A DNA stretch of 64,000 bases from NCBI GenBank assembly GCA_002397155.1, contig DGZR01000079.1, forward strand, positions 873 to 64,872, written 5' to 3'. This document shows positions 20,586 to 30,822 of the stretch, one piece after another. The translations under genes were made by a program, and so were the position numbers. This DNA is from Firmicutes bacterium UBA4975 (GTDB lineage: Bacteria; Bacillota; Proteinivoracia; UBA4975). The notes below the pieces were generated by a model that was given only the letters and a program-made list of their open reading frames with translations, made no database searches and was not told the DNA's origin. Numbering within the stretch: position 1 is the stretch's first letter; every line of letters begins with the position of its first letter.

Positions 20586-21319
20586 GGAGGGACCCTTATG
20601 CCCGCCTGGCCCGGCACTACGATCTGCTCATGGCCGACCTGCCCTACCGGCGTTGGATTAGCTTTATCGCGGCTTTTGCCCGCAAGATAGGGCCCGCTCC
20701 CCTGATTGCCGATGCTGGTTGCGGCACTGGTACCGTCGCCTTGGGCCTCATACAGCGGGGCTATTCTGTCCTGGGCTGGGACCGTTCTCCGGAAATGCTG
20801 GCCCAAGCCTCGTACAAGGCCCAGGAGATGGGCCTGTCCCTGCCCCTGTGGCAGGGGGAACTGGCCAGCCTGCCCCCGCGGGCCGACCTGGTAATTTCAA
20901 CCTGCGACGGCCTCAACCACCTGCTTTCCAGCGGCCAGGTCGTTGATTTTTTTATTCGGGTCCGGGATTGCCTGGCCCCCGGCGGCGGCTTGCTCTTTGA
21001 CATAAACAGCGAATACCGCTACCGGCGGCTGTTGGGCAACCGGGTTTTTTCCTGGGAAAGGGCGGGGTTGGACTTGGTCTGGCGCAACCGCTATGTCCCT
21101 CCTTTTAACATTGCCGACATCGACCTGTACTGGCGGGAGGAGGGAGACTCTTGGGCCAAGACCTCCCTTACCATCCGCCAGCGTTGTCATTCCCTGTCGT
21201 CCCTGGTATACTATCTTGAGCAGGCAGGTTTTCGGCTGGAGGGGGTGTGGGAAGATTACCGGACCCGCGCCATCGCCCCCGACACCCGGAGACTGACCCT
21301 TGCCGCTAGAAAAGCCTAG
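20582..21319 (+). CDS. class I SAM-dependent methyltransferase (YqeM-like)
   Basis: ADAGCGTGTVAL motif I; ATGA overlap with the rsfS stop. Confidence 0.75.
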   Translation: MRRDPYARLARHYDLLMADLPYRRWISFIAAFARKIGPAPLIADAGCGTGTVALGLIQRGYSVLGWDRSPEMLAQASYKAQEMGLSLPLWQGELASLPPRADLVISTCDGLNHLLSSGQVVDFFIRVRDCLAPGGGLLFDINSEYRYRRLLGNRVFSWERAGLDLVWRNRYVPPFNIADIDLYWREEGDSWAKTSLTIRQRCHSLSSLVYYLEQAGFRLEGVWEDYRTRAIAPDTRRLTLAARKA

Positions 21320-21332
21320 AAGGAGGAGCCCT

Positions 21333-21521
21333 ATGAAATTCACCAAGGAAATGACAATCCGGGAAGCCCTGGATTTGGACTCCCGTAGCGCCGAGATATT
21401 TCAGGAGTTCGGCATGCACTGCATCGCCTGTCCCGTGGCCAGTGGCGAACCTATTGAAGAGGCGGCAATTGCCCACGGCATCGATGTGGAGACCCTCATC
21501 GAAAAACTGAACAAGTTGTAA
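21333..21521 (+). CDS. DUF1858 (hybrid-cluster-protein-associated redox disulfide) small protein
   Basis: MKFTKEMTIREAL...GMHCIACPVASGEPIEEAA; 62 aa; RBS AAGGAGG. Confidence 0.6.
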   Translation: MKFTKEMTIREALDLDSRSAEIFQEFGMHCIACPVASGEPIEEAAIAHGIDVETLIEKLNKL

Positions 21522-21523
21522 AA

Positions 21524-21546
21524 AAGCGCCGGGGGCGCTTTTTTTG
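21524..21546 (+). terminator. rho-independent terminator
   Basis: aaaagcgcc-ggg-ggcgcttttttt. Confidence 0.65.
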
Positions 21547-21608
21547 CAGGATATCTTTTGAAATCTGCCGAATTAGAGCTCTATGGGACTGATTCGGGAG
21601 GGTAGGCT

Positions 21609-22133
21609 ATGGAGCTAAAAACAAAGGAACTGGCCTATCTAATAGTTCTGGCGGTTTTAATCGCTTCCCTGGGCGTGTGCAGCAGCCTGAAAGGGCGAGT
21701 GTTTCCGGAAAAAGCGCCCTTGGCGGGAGAAACGGCCGAACTGGCTGTGCACGTGGCCGGAGCGGTAAAAAATCCGGGAGTCTACCTCCTGCCGGCGGGG
21801 AGCCGGATTCAGGACGCCATAGGGGCGGCCGGGGGCCCTTTGCCCGAAGGGGACATTCATCGCCTTAACTTAGCGGACATCTTGACCGACGGCAAAAAAG
21901 TGTACGTTCCCTGGACCCTAGATCACTCCGAAGAGGGAAGCGGCCTGGTCAACATCAATACCGCCGACGCCCGGGAATTGGAGACCCTGCCCGGCATCGG
22001 GCCGGCCCGGGCGCAAAAGATCATCGAGTACCGGGAGCTTCGGGGCCCTTTTTCTTCAATTGAGGAAGTAATGAACGTGAGCACCATCGGCCCCAAGATC
22101 TTTGAGGGAATTCAGGAACTGATCACCTTTTAA
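21609..22133 (+). CDS. comEA: competence protein ComEA (SLBB + helix-hairpin-helix)
   Basis: signal anchor; VNINTADARELETLPGIGPARAQKIIEYRE..GPFSSIEE. Confidence 0.85.
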   Translation: MELKTKELAYLIVLAVLIASLGVCSSLKGRVFPEKAPLAGETAELAVHVAGAVKNPGVYLLPAGSRIQDAIGAAGGPLPEGDIHRLNLADILTDGKKVYVPWTLDHSEEGSGLVNINTADARELETLPGIGPARAQKIIEYRELRGPFSSIEEVMNVSTIGPKIFEGIQELITF

Positions 22134-22159
22134 AAAAAAGGCCCTTGCGAGCCTTTTAC

Positions 22160-22903
22160 TTACTTGGCAAAGACGTGGTTGCCGATGCGGGCGACGATTG
22201 GCCGGGAGCGGATCCACTGATTAGTGGCTGTGACGGGGTTATAGTAGTACACGGCCCCGTTGGTAGGATCGATGCCGTCTATGGCCTGCTGGGCCGCCTG
22301 GTAGGCGGTCTGGTTGGGAGTGAGCCAGAACTGGCCGTCATTTACCGCCGTAATCGCCCAGGGCTGGTAGATGACGCCGGCGATGGTGCTGGGGAAATCG
22401 GGGTGGGCCACTCGGTTGAGGATGACCGCCGCCACAGCCACTTGGCCCAGGAAGGGTTCTCCTCTCGCTTCGCTGTACACGGCCCTGGCCAGCAGATCCA
22501 GTTCTTGGGACGAAACGGGAACGGACTTTATGTCAGAAACACTGGCGCTGGGAATGACGAGCTTGTCCCCAACGTATATAATAGTTCCCTTGATGTTGTT
22601 TGCCCGGGTTATGGCTTCAATGCTTGTCCCATAACGCTGTGCCAAAAGAAAAAGGCTGTCGCCCCGGACTACGGTATGCTCAACGGGGATGTCCATGGTT
22701 GCGCCGGCAATGATAAGGTCGCTGCTGAGATTGTTGGCAATTTTCAAGCTGTCGATGGATACGGCATAGGCCCGGGAAATCTTCCACAGGCTGTCTCCCG
22801 GCTGTATCTTGTACTGCAGTCCGAAGACAGGTGCCGCGAATAACAGGCAGATGCACACCGCCAGGGCGATGGTCTCTGGTATTCGCCGGAATCTTTTCGT
22901 CAA
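22160..22903 (-). CDS. spore cortex-lytic/cell-wall hydrolase, 2x LysM + SleB-type hydrolase_2 domain
   Basis: YKIQPGDSLWKIS and VVRGDSLFLLA LysM repeats; C-terminal AVYSEARGEP..AVILNRV..FP.TI. Confidence 0.8.
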   Translation of the reverse strand: MTKRFRRIPETIALAVCICLLFAAPVFGLQYKIQPGDSLWKISRAYAVSIDSLKIANNLSSDLIIAGATMDIPVEHTVVRGDSLFLLAQRYGTSIEAITRANNIKGTIIYVGDKLVIPSASVSDIKSVPVSSQELDLLARAVYSEARGEPFLGQVAVAAVILNRVAHPDFPSTIAGVIYQPWAITAVNDGQFWLTPNQTAYQAAQQAIDGIDPTNGAVYYYNPVTATNQWIRSRPIVARIGNHVFAK

Positions 22904-23061
22904 AATTACCAGCCCCCTAATTGTGATAATGCTGATTATATAAGATAATAGTCAACATCCACAAAGGGCAAAATCCGTTAAATCCCGGGGTTAAGCTTGT
23001 CCCTTCCCGTGTTATGTTAACCAGTTGCTTGCTAATCGCATTATTTCAAGGCGATGGATAG

Positions 23062-23622
<561 letters not shown>

Positions 23623-23626
23623 GGCG

Positions 23627-25756
23627 ATGACCTGGTGGATGCTGGCCGGCCTGGTGCTGGGGATCATCGGGGGGGAAATGATCGGGTCGACCCTCCTGGG
23701 CCTGGGTTTTTTGGCGCTGGGCCTGCTTTTTCTTTACTTGCTCAAGAGCCGCCAGCCCTTGGCCCTCTTCTTGGTCTTCTTGGCGGCGGGAATGCTTCTG
23801 ACGGGGTTTCGCATGGAAAGGCTTTACTCTCCCCAGTACGGCGGGGAAGGAGTGTACACGCTTCGGAGCGAAAAGCTCTTGTATACAGGCGACGATTACC
23901 AGGCCTGGCAGGGTCGGGTGCTGGCGCCCAAGGAACTGGCGGGAGCGGTCATTTTGATCTACTCAGACCGATTCAGTCCGGGGATTTACACCCTGGAGGG
24001 CCGGCTTACCCCGCCGGTCCAGTACGGCAATCCGGGCCAGGGCTGGCATTGCAAGCGCAAACTCTATGCCGGGGAGGTGGGGGTCCTCAGCCGGCCCCGG
24101 GTCCTTTCTTTTCAAGAGCGGTCCTTGACCTTGTTGGAAAGGGCCCGCCAGGGCTACCAGCAAAACCTGGCGGCCAATATCGACGGGGGGGAGGGAACCG
24201 CACTAGCTCTAGCTCTCACCACCGGCGACCGCAGCCTCCTGGGACAGGAGCTGAAATCCTCGGTATACTTAACCGGGGTGGGCCACCTCCTGGCCCTGTC
24301 CGGTCTCCACGTGGGCATCCTCCTGGCTTTGTTGCTTTCTCTTTTGCGCAGGCTGGGCTTGAGCCCGGTGGTCTCGTCCCTGCTGGCTTTTGTCGGCGTC
24401 TTGGTCTTCGCCTGCTTTGCCGGTCCTTCCCCTTCCCTGGTGCGAGCCGTCCTCATGTCCGCCTGGGGAATCGGCGCCCTCCTCTTGGGCCGGGAGCGGG
24501 AAGGCTTGCAGGGCCTGGCCTGGACCGCCCTCTTCATGCTCCTCTACAATCCCCTCTGGCTCTTTGATTACGCCTTTGTCTTTTCTTTTTTGGCTACCTT
24601 CATCTGCTTGCGGGGGGCGGGCCGCCTGGAAAAGTACCTGAGCTTTTTGCCGGAACCGGCCCGGCGGACGGCTTCAATCACCCTCTTGGTTCAGTTAGTC
24701 GCCCTGCCCTTGACGATTTACCTATTTGGCAGCGCATCCCTTTGGGCACCCCTGGCCAACCTGGTCATCGTGCCCCTCATGCCGGCCTTGGCCGGGTTTT
24801 CCCTCCTGGCCGGGCTGCTCCCCGGCCGGATAGGCCTGGTGGTTTTGCCAGCCAAGTACTTGCTCCTGGGCACGGCAGAATTTCTCCGCCTCTTGGGCCG
24901 TCTGCCCCTGTCCGTGAGCATCGGCGGCCTGGAGCTTGCCCTGGTCTTTGTCGCCAGCGGGGGCATCCTCCTCTACCTGGCGGGGCTTTCTTTCCGCAAG
25001 ACCGTGATTTCCCTGGGCGCCGGCCTCTTGCTCACCCTGGCAATCTTCACCTTTATGGCGAACCAGGTGGTGACGGTTTGGTTTTTAGACGTGGGCCAGG
25101 GTGACTCAATCCTCATCCGAAACCAGGGGGGCTGGACCTTGGTGGACTGCGGCGACGTCCGGGCCGGCGAACGGGCCCTGGTCCCCGCTCTGCGTTTTTT
25201 AGGCGTGCACAAGCTCCGGGCCCTCATCCTCACCCACCCCCATGACGACCATATAGGGGGCTTGGACTCCCTTTTGGAAAATGTGGCCGTGGCCACGATC
25301 TACAGCAATTTTCCCGCCGGGGGGGAAGAAACGCTGGTCTTGAGCCGGGCGGAGGCCGGGCCGGACCTGTTAATCTGGGCCCACAACCTGGACTTGGCCA
25401 ATCTCAACGACACATCGCTCCTGGTTTCCCTGGGGGACAAAGTCCTGCTCACCGGGGACATCGAGGCGGCGGGGGAAAAGGTCTACTTGCCCCGGATCGA
25501 GCCCTACCGGGTGCTCAAAGTGGCCCACCACGGCAGCAGCACTTCATCTTCGCCCCTCTTTTTGGCCGCTGTCCGGCCCGAGGTGGCTGTCATAAGCTGC
25601 GGCTTGGGCAACCGCTTTGGCCTGCCCAATCAGGAGACCCTGGATAACCTGGAAGCGGCGGGGGCGGCGGTTTTTCGCACCGACTTTTTTGGCTGCGTGC
25701 GGGTGGATTTTTGGCCTTGGGGAGCGATGAGCGTGACTACCTTTTGGGGGGGATAA
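23627..25756 (+). CDS. comEC: DNA internalization competence protein ComEC/Rec2
   Basis: polytopic N-terminal domain plus C-terminal metallo-beta-lactamase (LILTHPHDDHIGGL). Confidence 0.9.
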   Translation: MTWWMLAGLVLGIIGGEMIGSTLLGLGFLALGLLFLYLLKSRQPLALFLVFLAAGMLLTGFRMERLYSPQYGGEGVYTLRSEKLLYTGDDYQAWQGRVLAPKELAGAVILIYSDRFSPGIYTLEGRLTPPVQYGNPGQGWHCKRKLYAGEVGVLSRPRVLSFQERSLTLLERARQGYQQNLAANIDGGEGTALALALTTGDRSLLGQELKSSVYLTGVGHLLALSGLHVGILLALLLSLLRRLGLSPVVSSLLAFVGVLVFACFAGPSPSLVRAVLMSAWGIGALLLGREREGLQGLAWTALFMLLYNPLWLFDYAFVFSFLATFICLRGAGRLEKYLSFLPEPARRTASITLLVQLVALPLTIYLFGSASLWAPLANLVIVPLMPALAGFSLLAGLLPGRIGLVVLPAKYLLLGTAEFLRLLGRLPLSVSIGGLELALVFVASGGILLYLAGLSFRKTVISLGAGLLLTLAIFTFMANQVVTVWFLDVGQGDSILIRNQGGWTLVDCGDVRAGERALVPALRFLGVHKLRALILTHPHDDHIGGLDSLLENVAVATIYSNFPAGGEETLVLSRAEAGPDLLIWAHNLDLANLNDTSLLVSLGDKVLLTGDIEAAGEKVYLPRIEPYRVLKVAHHGSSTSSSPLFLAAVRPEVAVISCGLGNRFGLPNQETLDNLEAAGAAVFRTDFFGCVRVDFWPWGAMSVTTFWGG

Positions 25757-26688
25757 GCTTGGCAGAAAATTACTTAGTACTGGGCGAAGAAGAATACTTG
25801 GTCCAGGCCCGAGTGGGGGAGCTGGCGAAAGAACACGCCGGTGCCGACGACTGGGGCCGAGAAAGGCTGTCCGGCTGGGAGGAGGCCCGGGCTAAGCTGC
25901 TGGACACGCCCATGTTTTCCGGGCCCCGGGTCTTTCTTCTGGATTACCAGGCCTTGGCCGCCGCCAAGCCCGATCCCGACCGGGTGACCAAGCTCCTGGC
26001 CAGCCATGAAAACGTCCTGATCCTCTACTGCCGGGGCAAGGCTGACCGGCGCACCTCATTGTTCAAAGGGGTGGCCAAGGAGGCTAAACTCATCGACCTG
26101 GTCCCTCCCCGGGGCTACGCGCTGACCCGCTGGGTGGAGACCCGAGCCAAGGAACTGGGGGCGGCCCGGATCGATAAGCGGGCGGCGGAAAAGCTGGTCT
26201 ACCTAGCGGGGACCAACATGCTGGCCCTGGAAAATGAGCTGAACAAGCTGGTAGCCTACTGCCCGGCAATAACCGAAGAGACGGTGGATAAGTTGGCGGC
26301 TTCTTCCCTCCAGACTAACATTTTCGCCCTGGTGGATTCCGCCGCCGGGGGCCAGGCGGCCAAGGCCTTGGTCCTGGCGGAGAGGATGCTCCGCTCCGGT
26401 GAGGGGGCGGCTTACATCCTCTATATGCTGGGGCGGCAGTACCGGCTTCTCTTTCGCTTTCTCTTTTACCGGGAACAGCAAAAGGGAATCGCAGAAATCC
26501 AAAAAATTTTACCGACGATGCACCCTTATGCCTTTCAAAACCTGGGGACCCAAGGATCTAAGCTGAGCTTGAGACACTGCGCTTTCGCCCTGCAGGCCAT
26601 CCAGGAGGCCGACTGGGAGCTAAAGACCGGCCGACTGGCGGGGGCGGCTCTCCTGCAAAAGTTACTGGTAAAAATCGCAAAAAAATAA
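25711..26688 (+). CDS. holA: DNA polymerase III delta subunit (start uncertain; TTG at 25759 possible)
   Basis: YLVLGEEEYL... delta N-terminal domain; conserved after comEC. Confidence 0.75.
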   Translation: MALGSDERDYLLGGISLAENYLVLGEEEYLVQARVGELAKEHAGADDWGRERLSGWEEARAKLLDTPMFSGPRVFLLDYQALAAAKPDPDRVTKLLASHENVLILYCRGKADRRTSLFKGVAKEAKLIDLVPPRGYALTRWVETRAKELGAARIDKRAAEKLVYLAGTNMLALENELNKLVAYCPAITEETVDKLAASSLQTNIFALVDSAAGGQAAKALVLAERMLRSGEGAAYILYMLGRQYRLLFRFLFYREQQKGIAEIQKILPTMHPYAFQNLGTQGSKLSLRHCAFALQAIQEADWELKTGRLAGAALLQKLLVKIAKK

Positions 26689-26709
26689 TCCCGGGTAACG
26701 GGATTTTTT
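26687..26709. terminator. bidirectional rho-independent terminator (holA / rpsT convergent)
   Basis: aatcccg-ggtaa-cgggatt with an A-tract upstream and a T-tract downstream. Confidence 0.6.
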
Positions 26710-26956
26710 ACATCTTTGCTGCTAGACGGGATTTACGCCGGGCGGCGGCGTTTTTATGGATAATGCCCTTCCGGGCGGCCTTGTCTAGGAGGGAAGAGAT
26801 CTTGCGGTGGAGTGCGGCGGTGGCGGCTGGATCTTCGCCCAGAGATGCTTCAAATTTGCGGACTTGGGTCTTTATCGCGGACTTGACCCCGACGTTGCGT
26901 GCCCTTTTTGTCTGGTTGATCAGCACCCTCTTAAGAGCGGACTTGCTATTGGCCAA
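26708..26956 (-). CDS. rpsT: 30S ribosomal protein S20
   Basis: (M)ANSKSALKRV...; TTG start 8 nt after AAGGAGG. Confidence 0.9.
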   Translation of the reverse strand: MANSKSALKRVLINQTKRARNVGVKSAIKTQVRKFEASLGEDPAATAALHRKISSLLDKAARKGIIHKNAAARRKSRLAAKM

Positions 26957-27091
26957 CCTGTACACCTCCTTTAAGCCCTAGGATAAGCAACATTTGGATT
27001 TTACCACGGGTCCGGAGCAAAAGCAAGGTCCGGTCCGGGGAATTATTTTGTATTTTTTCGGTTACTCTATTAGCAAGGAGGCGTCAGAAAA

Positions 27092-27418
27092 ATGCTCAAA
27101 CTAGTAATCCGATTCATTGTCTCGGCCCTGGTTTTGATGTTTGTCGGGTTTTTGATTCCCGGTTTTGGCCCCATGTCCTTTCTCAATGCTTTGATTGCAG
27201 CGGTGGTGATCAGCGTTCTCGGTCACCTGATCGAAGCGCTCTTTGGCAAGAAAATCTCCCCCCAGGGCCGCGGCATTATTGGCTTCTTGATTTCGGCGCT
27301 GGTAATATACCTGGCCCAGTTTATCGTGCCCGGCCTGGAAGTCAGCATCGTCGGAGCTCTGGTGGCCGCCGTGATTATCGGGGTAATCGACCTCTTCGTC
27401 CCCACCGAGCTGAGATAA
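27092..27418 (+). CDS. small 4-TM membrane protein (phage-holin-4-like family)
   Basis: 108 aa, three to four hydrophobic helices, RBS AAGGAGG. Confidence 0.5.
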   Translation: MLKLVIRFIVSALVLMFVGFLIPGFGPMSFLNALIAAVVISVLGHLIEALFGKKISPQGRGIIGFLISALVIYLAQFIVPGLEVSIVGALVAAVIIGVIDLFVPTELR

Positions 27419-27434
27419 AAAGAAGGAAAAAGCC

Positions 27435-28403
27435 TTGATAAAAACCGACTTGGTCCTGGAAGCCCACGAAGTCTTTTTGCAGACCAGTGAGCTTCCCGCG
27501 CTGGAGGGAGTGGAGACGGTGGAGCAATCCCTGGAGGGTATCGAGGTTTCGGTCACCGATATCTTGACGGCGGAGGCGGCCGCAAAAATCGGCAAAGCCC
27601 GGGGCAAGTACATCACCATCGAGGCAGCCGGGCTCAGGGATAAAAACGAGGACCTGGAAAACAGGCTAGTGGAAGTGATGAGCAATCAGCTGCGGGGGCT
27701 GCTGAGCTTAAGTGATGAGAGCACGATTCTGGTGGTGGGCCTGGGCAACTGGAATGTGACGCCGGATGCCCTGGGTCCCAGCGTAGTGGAAAAAATCTTC
27801 GTGACCAGGCATCTAAAAGCTTTGTACCCGGACCAGGTGGGCCCGGGTTTTCGAAATGTCTGCGCCATCGCCCCGGGAGTGCTGGGGCTGACCGGTATTG
27901 AGTCGGGAGACATAATCTTCGGCATCGTCCAACAACTAAAGCCCGACGTCGTCCTGGCCATCGACGCCCTGGCGGCCCGAAGCCTGCGCCGTCTCAACAC
28001 CACTATCCAGATTTCCGACACAGGGATCTACCCGGGTTCGGGGGTGGGGAATAAGCGGCAGGGGCTGACCCATGAGAGCCTGGGTATCCCGGTTATTGCC
28101 ATTGGGGTGCCGACGGTAGTGGACGCCACCACCCTGACCAGCGACGTCATCGACCTGCTCATCAAAGCGGTAGAAAAAGGGGCGACGGCCTCTTCCCGGG
28201 TGAGCAAAGTGTTGGCGGCTATCGACAAATTTGCCCAGGACGACAAGCAGGAACTGATAAAAGAAGTTATGCAACCCGAGGTGGGGGTGCTGATGGTTAC
28301 CCCCAAGGAAGTGGACCGGCTGTTGGAGGACATCTCCGATCTTTTGGCCGAAGGGATAAACGCCGCCCTCCATCCCAAGGTCGCCCAGGGCTACCTAAAC
28401 TAA
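27435..28403 (+). CDS. gpr: germination protease (spore endopeptidase)
   Basis: TDLVLEAHE... plus LVVGLGNWNVTPDALGP; TTG start. Confidence 0.9.
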   Translation: MIKTDLVLEAHEVFLQTSELPALEGVETVEQSLEGIEVSVTDILTAEAAAKIGKARGKYITIEAAGLRDKNEDLENRLVEVMSNQLRGLLSLSDESTILVVGLGNWNVTPDALGPSVVEKIFVTRHLKALYPDQVGPGFRNVCAIAPGVLGLTGIESGDIIFGIVQQLKPDVVLAIDALAARSLRRLNTTIQISDTGIYPGSGVGNKRQGLTHESLGIPVIAIGVPTVVDATTLTSDVIDLLIKAVEKGATASSRVSKVLAAIDKFAQDDKQELIKEVMQPEVGVLMVTPKEVDRLLEDISDLLAEGINAALHPKVAQGYLN

Positions 28404-28431
28404 GAGACGAGGAAATTTCCCTCGTTTTTTC
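28404..28431 (+). terminator. rho-independent terminator after gpr
   Basis: gagacgagg-aaattt-cctcgt + TTTTTT. Confidence 0.5.
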
Positions 28432-28475
28432 TTATTTGCCCTCCCCTCGCATATAGTTTTTTATGAGGGGGTGTC

Positions 28476-29405
28476 ATGGCTATGACCAAAAAGAAGAAAG
28501 GGACAATTCTCTGGTCCCTGGCGACGGCTTTGCTCTTAGTCCTCTTTATCTTGGTCAGCAACCTGCTCGCCCCCCTGGCCGCAGGTTTCGGCGCCTTTAA
28601 CCCGGTCAGCCTGCTCAGCCTGGGGGCGCCGGCGGTCTTTGGCGCTGATGGGGAGGGGGCTGTCCTCGCTCTTAAGCTGGAACCTTGGCGTCTTTTTGCG
28701 ATGCAGCTGCCGGCCTTTGCCGGCATCAACCCTGGGGAGTGGCAAGAAGCGGGGCCGCCCCCCCTCCAGCCAATAAATCCGGTGGTAACCGTCCCCCGCC
28801 CGGGGCGGATTCTCATCTACCACACCCATGCCAGCGAGGCCTTTGTCCCCACTGCCGGGGAGGCCCGCTCCGAAGACTTTTCCCAGACCGTCGTCCAGTT
28901 AGGCCAGATAATTGCGGAAAAGCTGGAGGCCCGGGGCATTTCCGTCAGCCAGGACCGCAAGTTCCACGACGTCGTCTACAACAAGTCCTACGCCGAATCA
29001 CGGAAGACTGCCCAGGCTATGCTGGCCCAGTCGCCGGACACCCTGCTCCTCCTTGATATCCATCGAGACGGCGTGGGCAAGACCTCGGCGGCAGGCCGAG
29101 GGGTGACCACCGCCTTCATCAACGGGCGGCAGGCCGGCCAGATAATGTTTGTCCTCAGTTCCGCCCACGAGGGCTGGGAAAAAAACCACAAAGCGGCTAA
29201 CGACTTGCACAATATAATGGAAGATAAATATCCCGGCCTTTCCCGGGGAATACTAGTCCGGTTGAATTCTACGTACAACCAGGATCTGCACCCCGGGGCG
29301 CTGCTGGTGGAGATCGGCGGCCACTGGAATACCCTGGAAGAAGTGGCGTACGGGGCCGAGCTCTTTGCCGAAGTTCTAGCCGATTACTCGGGAGGAAGCC
29401 GATGA
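28476..29405 (+). CDS. spoIIP: stage II sporulation protein P
   Basis: signal anchor; ILIYHTHASEAF and LLLDIHRDGV motifs. Confidence 0.85.
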   Translation: MAMTKKKKGTILWSLATALLLVLFILVSNLLAPLAAGFGAFNPVSLLSLGAPAVFGADGEGAVLALKLEPWRLFAMQLPAFAGINPGEWQEAGPPPLQPINPVVTVPRPGRILIYHTHASEAFVPTAGEARSEDFSQTVVQLGQIIAEKLEARGISVSQDRKFHDVVYNKSYAESRKTAQAMLAQSPDTLLLLDIHRDGVGKTSAAGRGVTTAFINGRQAGQIMFVLSSAHEGWEKNHKAANDLHNIMEDKYPGLSRGILVRLNSTYNQDLHPGALLVEIGGHWNTLEEVAYGAELFAEVLADYSGGSR

Positions 29406-29740
29406 AAGCAAGGGAAAAAAATCTTTATTTCTGCGCATTTTTTGGCCTGCTCTTACTTGTCCTGGGCGGGCTGGAATTGGTGGACGCCAATCTAAACCGC
29501 CTGATTTTACCCCAGGCGCCAATTGCCACCCTCTCCCTGGGTTACGAACACGGGCTGGCTCTGACGGGGGCGACTCGGGACTATCGCTTACCCAGCCTGG
29601 AACTGGTGACCCTGCGGGTAGAGGGGGAGGACCTGTTCTTGTCCCGGGGGGAGAAATGCCTGAAGATCCCCGCCAGTCTGCCCCTGGGGCAGATCGAGGG
29701 ATTGAGGCGGATGCTGCATATTGACAAATCCCTGCCCTAG
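29402..29740 (+). CDS. YqxA-like small protein (DUF3679)
   Basis: 112 aa ORF immediately after spoIIP, as in Bacillus spoIIP-yqxA. Confidence 0.5.
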   Translation: MKAREKNLYFCAFFGLLLLVLGGLELVDANLNRLILPQAPIATLSLGYEHGLALTGATRDYRLPSLELVTLRVEGEDLFLSRGEKCLKIPASLPLGQIEGLRRMLHIDKSLP

Positions 29741-29749
29741 TGGTATTTT
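29721..29749 (+). promoter_or_regulatory. putative sigma-A promoter of the hrcA-grpE-dnaK-dnaJ operon
   Basis: TTGACA-N17-TATTTT placed immediately upstream of CIRCE. Confidence 0.4.
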
Positions 29750-29761
29750 TTTTATGGAGAA

Positions 29762-29788
29762 TTAGCACTCAATATACGAGAGTGCTAA
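29762..29788 (+). promoter_or_regulatory. CIRCE operator (HrcA binding site)
   Basis: TTAGCACTC-aatatacga-GAGTGCTAA, perfect 9-N9-9 consensus. Confidence 0.92.
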
Positions 29789-29808
29789 CAAGGAAGGAGG
29801 CTAATCCG

Positions 29809-30822
29809 GTGGATGAAAGAAAACGCCTGATATTGAACGCCATAATTCAAGATTACATCTATTCCGCCGAACCGGTGGGCTCCCGGACCCTGGTCAAGCG
29901 CCACCGCATCGGCCTCAGTCCCGCCACCATCCGCAATGAAATGGCGGACTTAGAAGAAATGGGCTACCTTCAGCAGCCCCATACCTCGGCGGGGCGGATC
30001 CCCTCCCCTCGGGGCTACCGTTTTTATGTCAACACGATTATGGAGGACTATGTCCCCAGCCCGGGGGAACTAAAGAAAATCGGAGAGCTTATCGCTGCCG
30101 CCGGCCTCACCCTGCCCCAGAGTCCCCGGCAGATGGCCAAGTTTTTGGCCGCAGTGACCAACTACATCTCCCTTATCGCCGGGCCCGCCGATAACCTCCA
30201 GGAAATTAGGCATATTAATCTTGTCCCGTATTCTATTTCCAGCGTCATCTGCGTCATCGTCCTCAGCGACGGCGCAGTCAAACACCATGCCATCGGCATT
30301 CCGGAAGGGGTGAATCCTGGGGAGATCGAAGCTTTGGCCCGGTTTTTGCAAAAAAACCTCCAGGGCCTGAAGCTGAACGAGATTACCCCAAGGATACTGG
30401 CCGGGCTCAAGGCGGATTTCACCGGCAGCCAGCGTCTGGTCGAGGAGATATCCCTCCTGGTCAAACACCTGGCCTTGGTTCACGCCCAGGACCTGGTGAT
30501 GGACGGGACGGCCAACCTTTTAAAAGAACCGGAGTTTCGGGACATTCAGAAGGTCAGGGAGGTATTTGAGACCCTGGAACAGGGGGAGCAGATTTTGCGG
30601 CTCCTGGTGGCTGACCCCGGCCCCATGGACGGGCTGGGGGTGAGAATTGGGCCGGAAATTGGCCTGGACAGTTTTGCCGATTGCAGTCTCGTCGTCGCCA
30701 CATTTTTGCTGGCCGATCGCCAGGTAACCCTGGGGGTACTGGGTCCGGCGCGAATGCAGTATGCAAAGACCATCGGCCTCATCCGGTGGTTGCAGGAATA
30801 CTTCAGCAGCGGAGGTTATTAA
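29809..30822 (+). CDS. hrcA: heat-inducible transcription repressor HrcA
   Basis: GTG start 8 nt after AAGGAGG; RKRLILNAIIQDYI..EPVGSRTL winged-helix N-terminus. Confidence 0.9.
   Translation: MDERKRLILNAIIQDYIYSAEPVGSRTLVKRHRIGLSPATIRNEMADLEEMGYLQQPHTSAGRIPSPRGYRFYVNTIMEDYVPSPGELKKIGELIAAAGLTLPQSPRQMAKFLAAVTNYISLIAGPADNLQEIRHINLVPYSISSVICVIVLSDGAVKHHAIGIPEGVNPGEIEALARFLQKNLQGLKLNEITPRILAGLKADFTGSQRLVEEISLLVKHLALVHAQDLVMDGTANLLKEPEFRDIQKVREVFETLEQGEQILRLLVADPGPMDGLGVRIGPEIGLDSFADCSLVVATFLLADRQVTLGVLGPARMQYAKTIGLIRWLQEYFSSGGY

Noticed and set aside
23635-24567. 310 aa alternative-frame ORF (G/P/R-rich) overlapping comEC
   Set aside because: It has the composition of a shadow ORF in GC-rich coding DNA, whereas comEC in the other frame has clear conserved domains.
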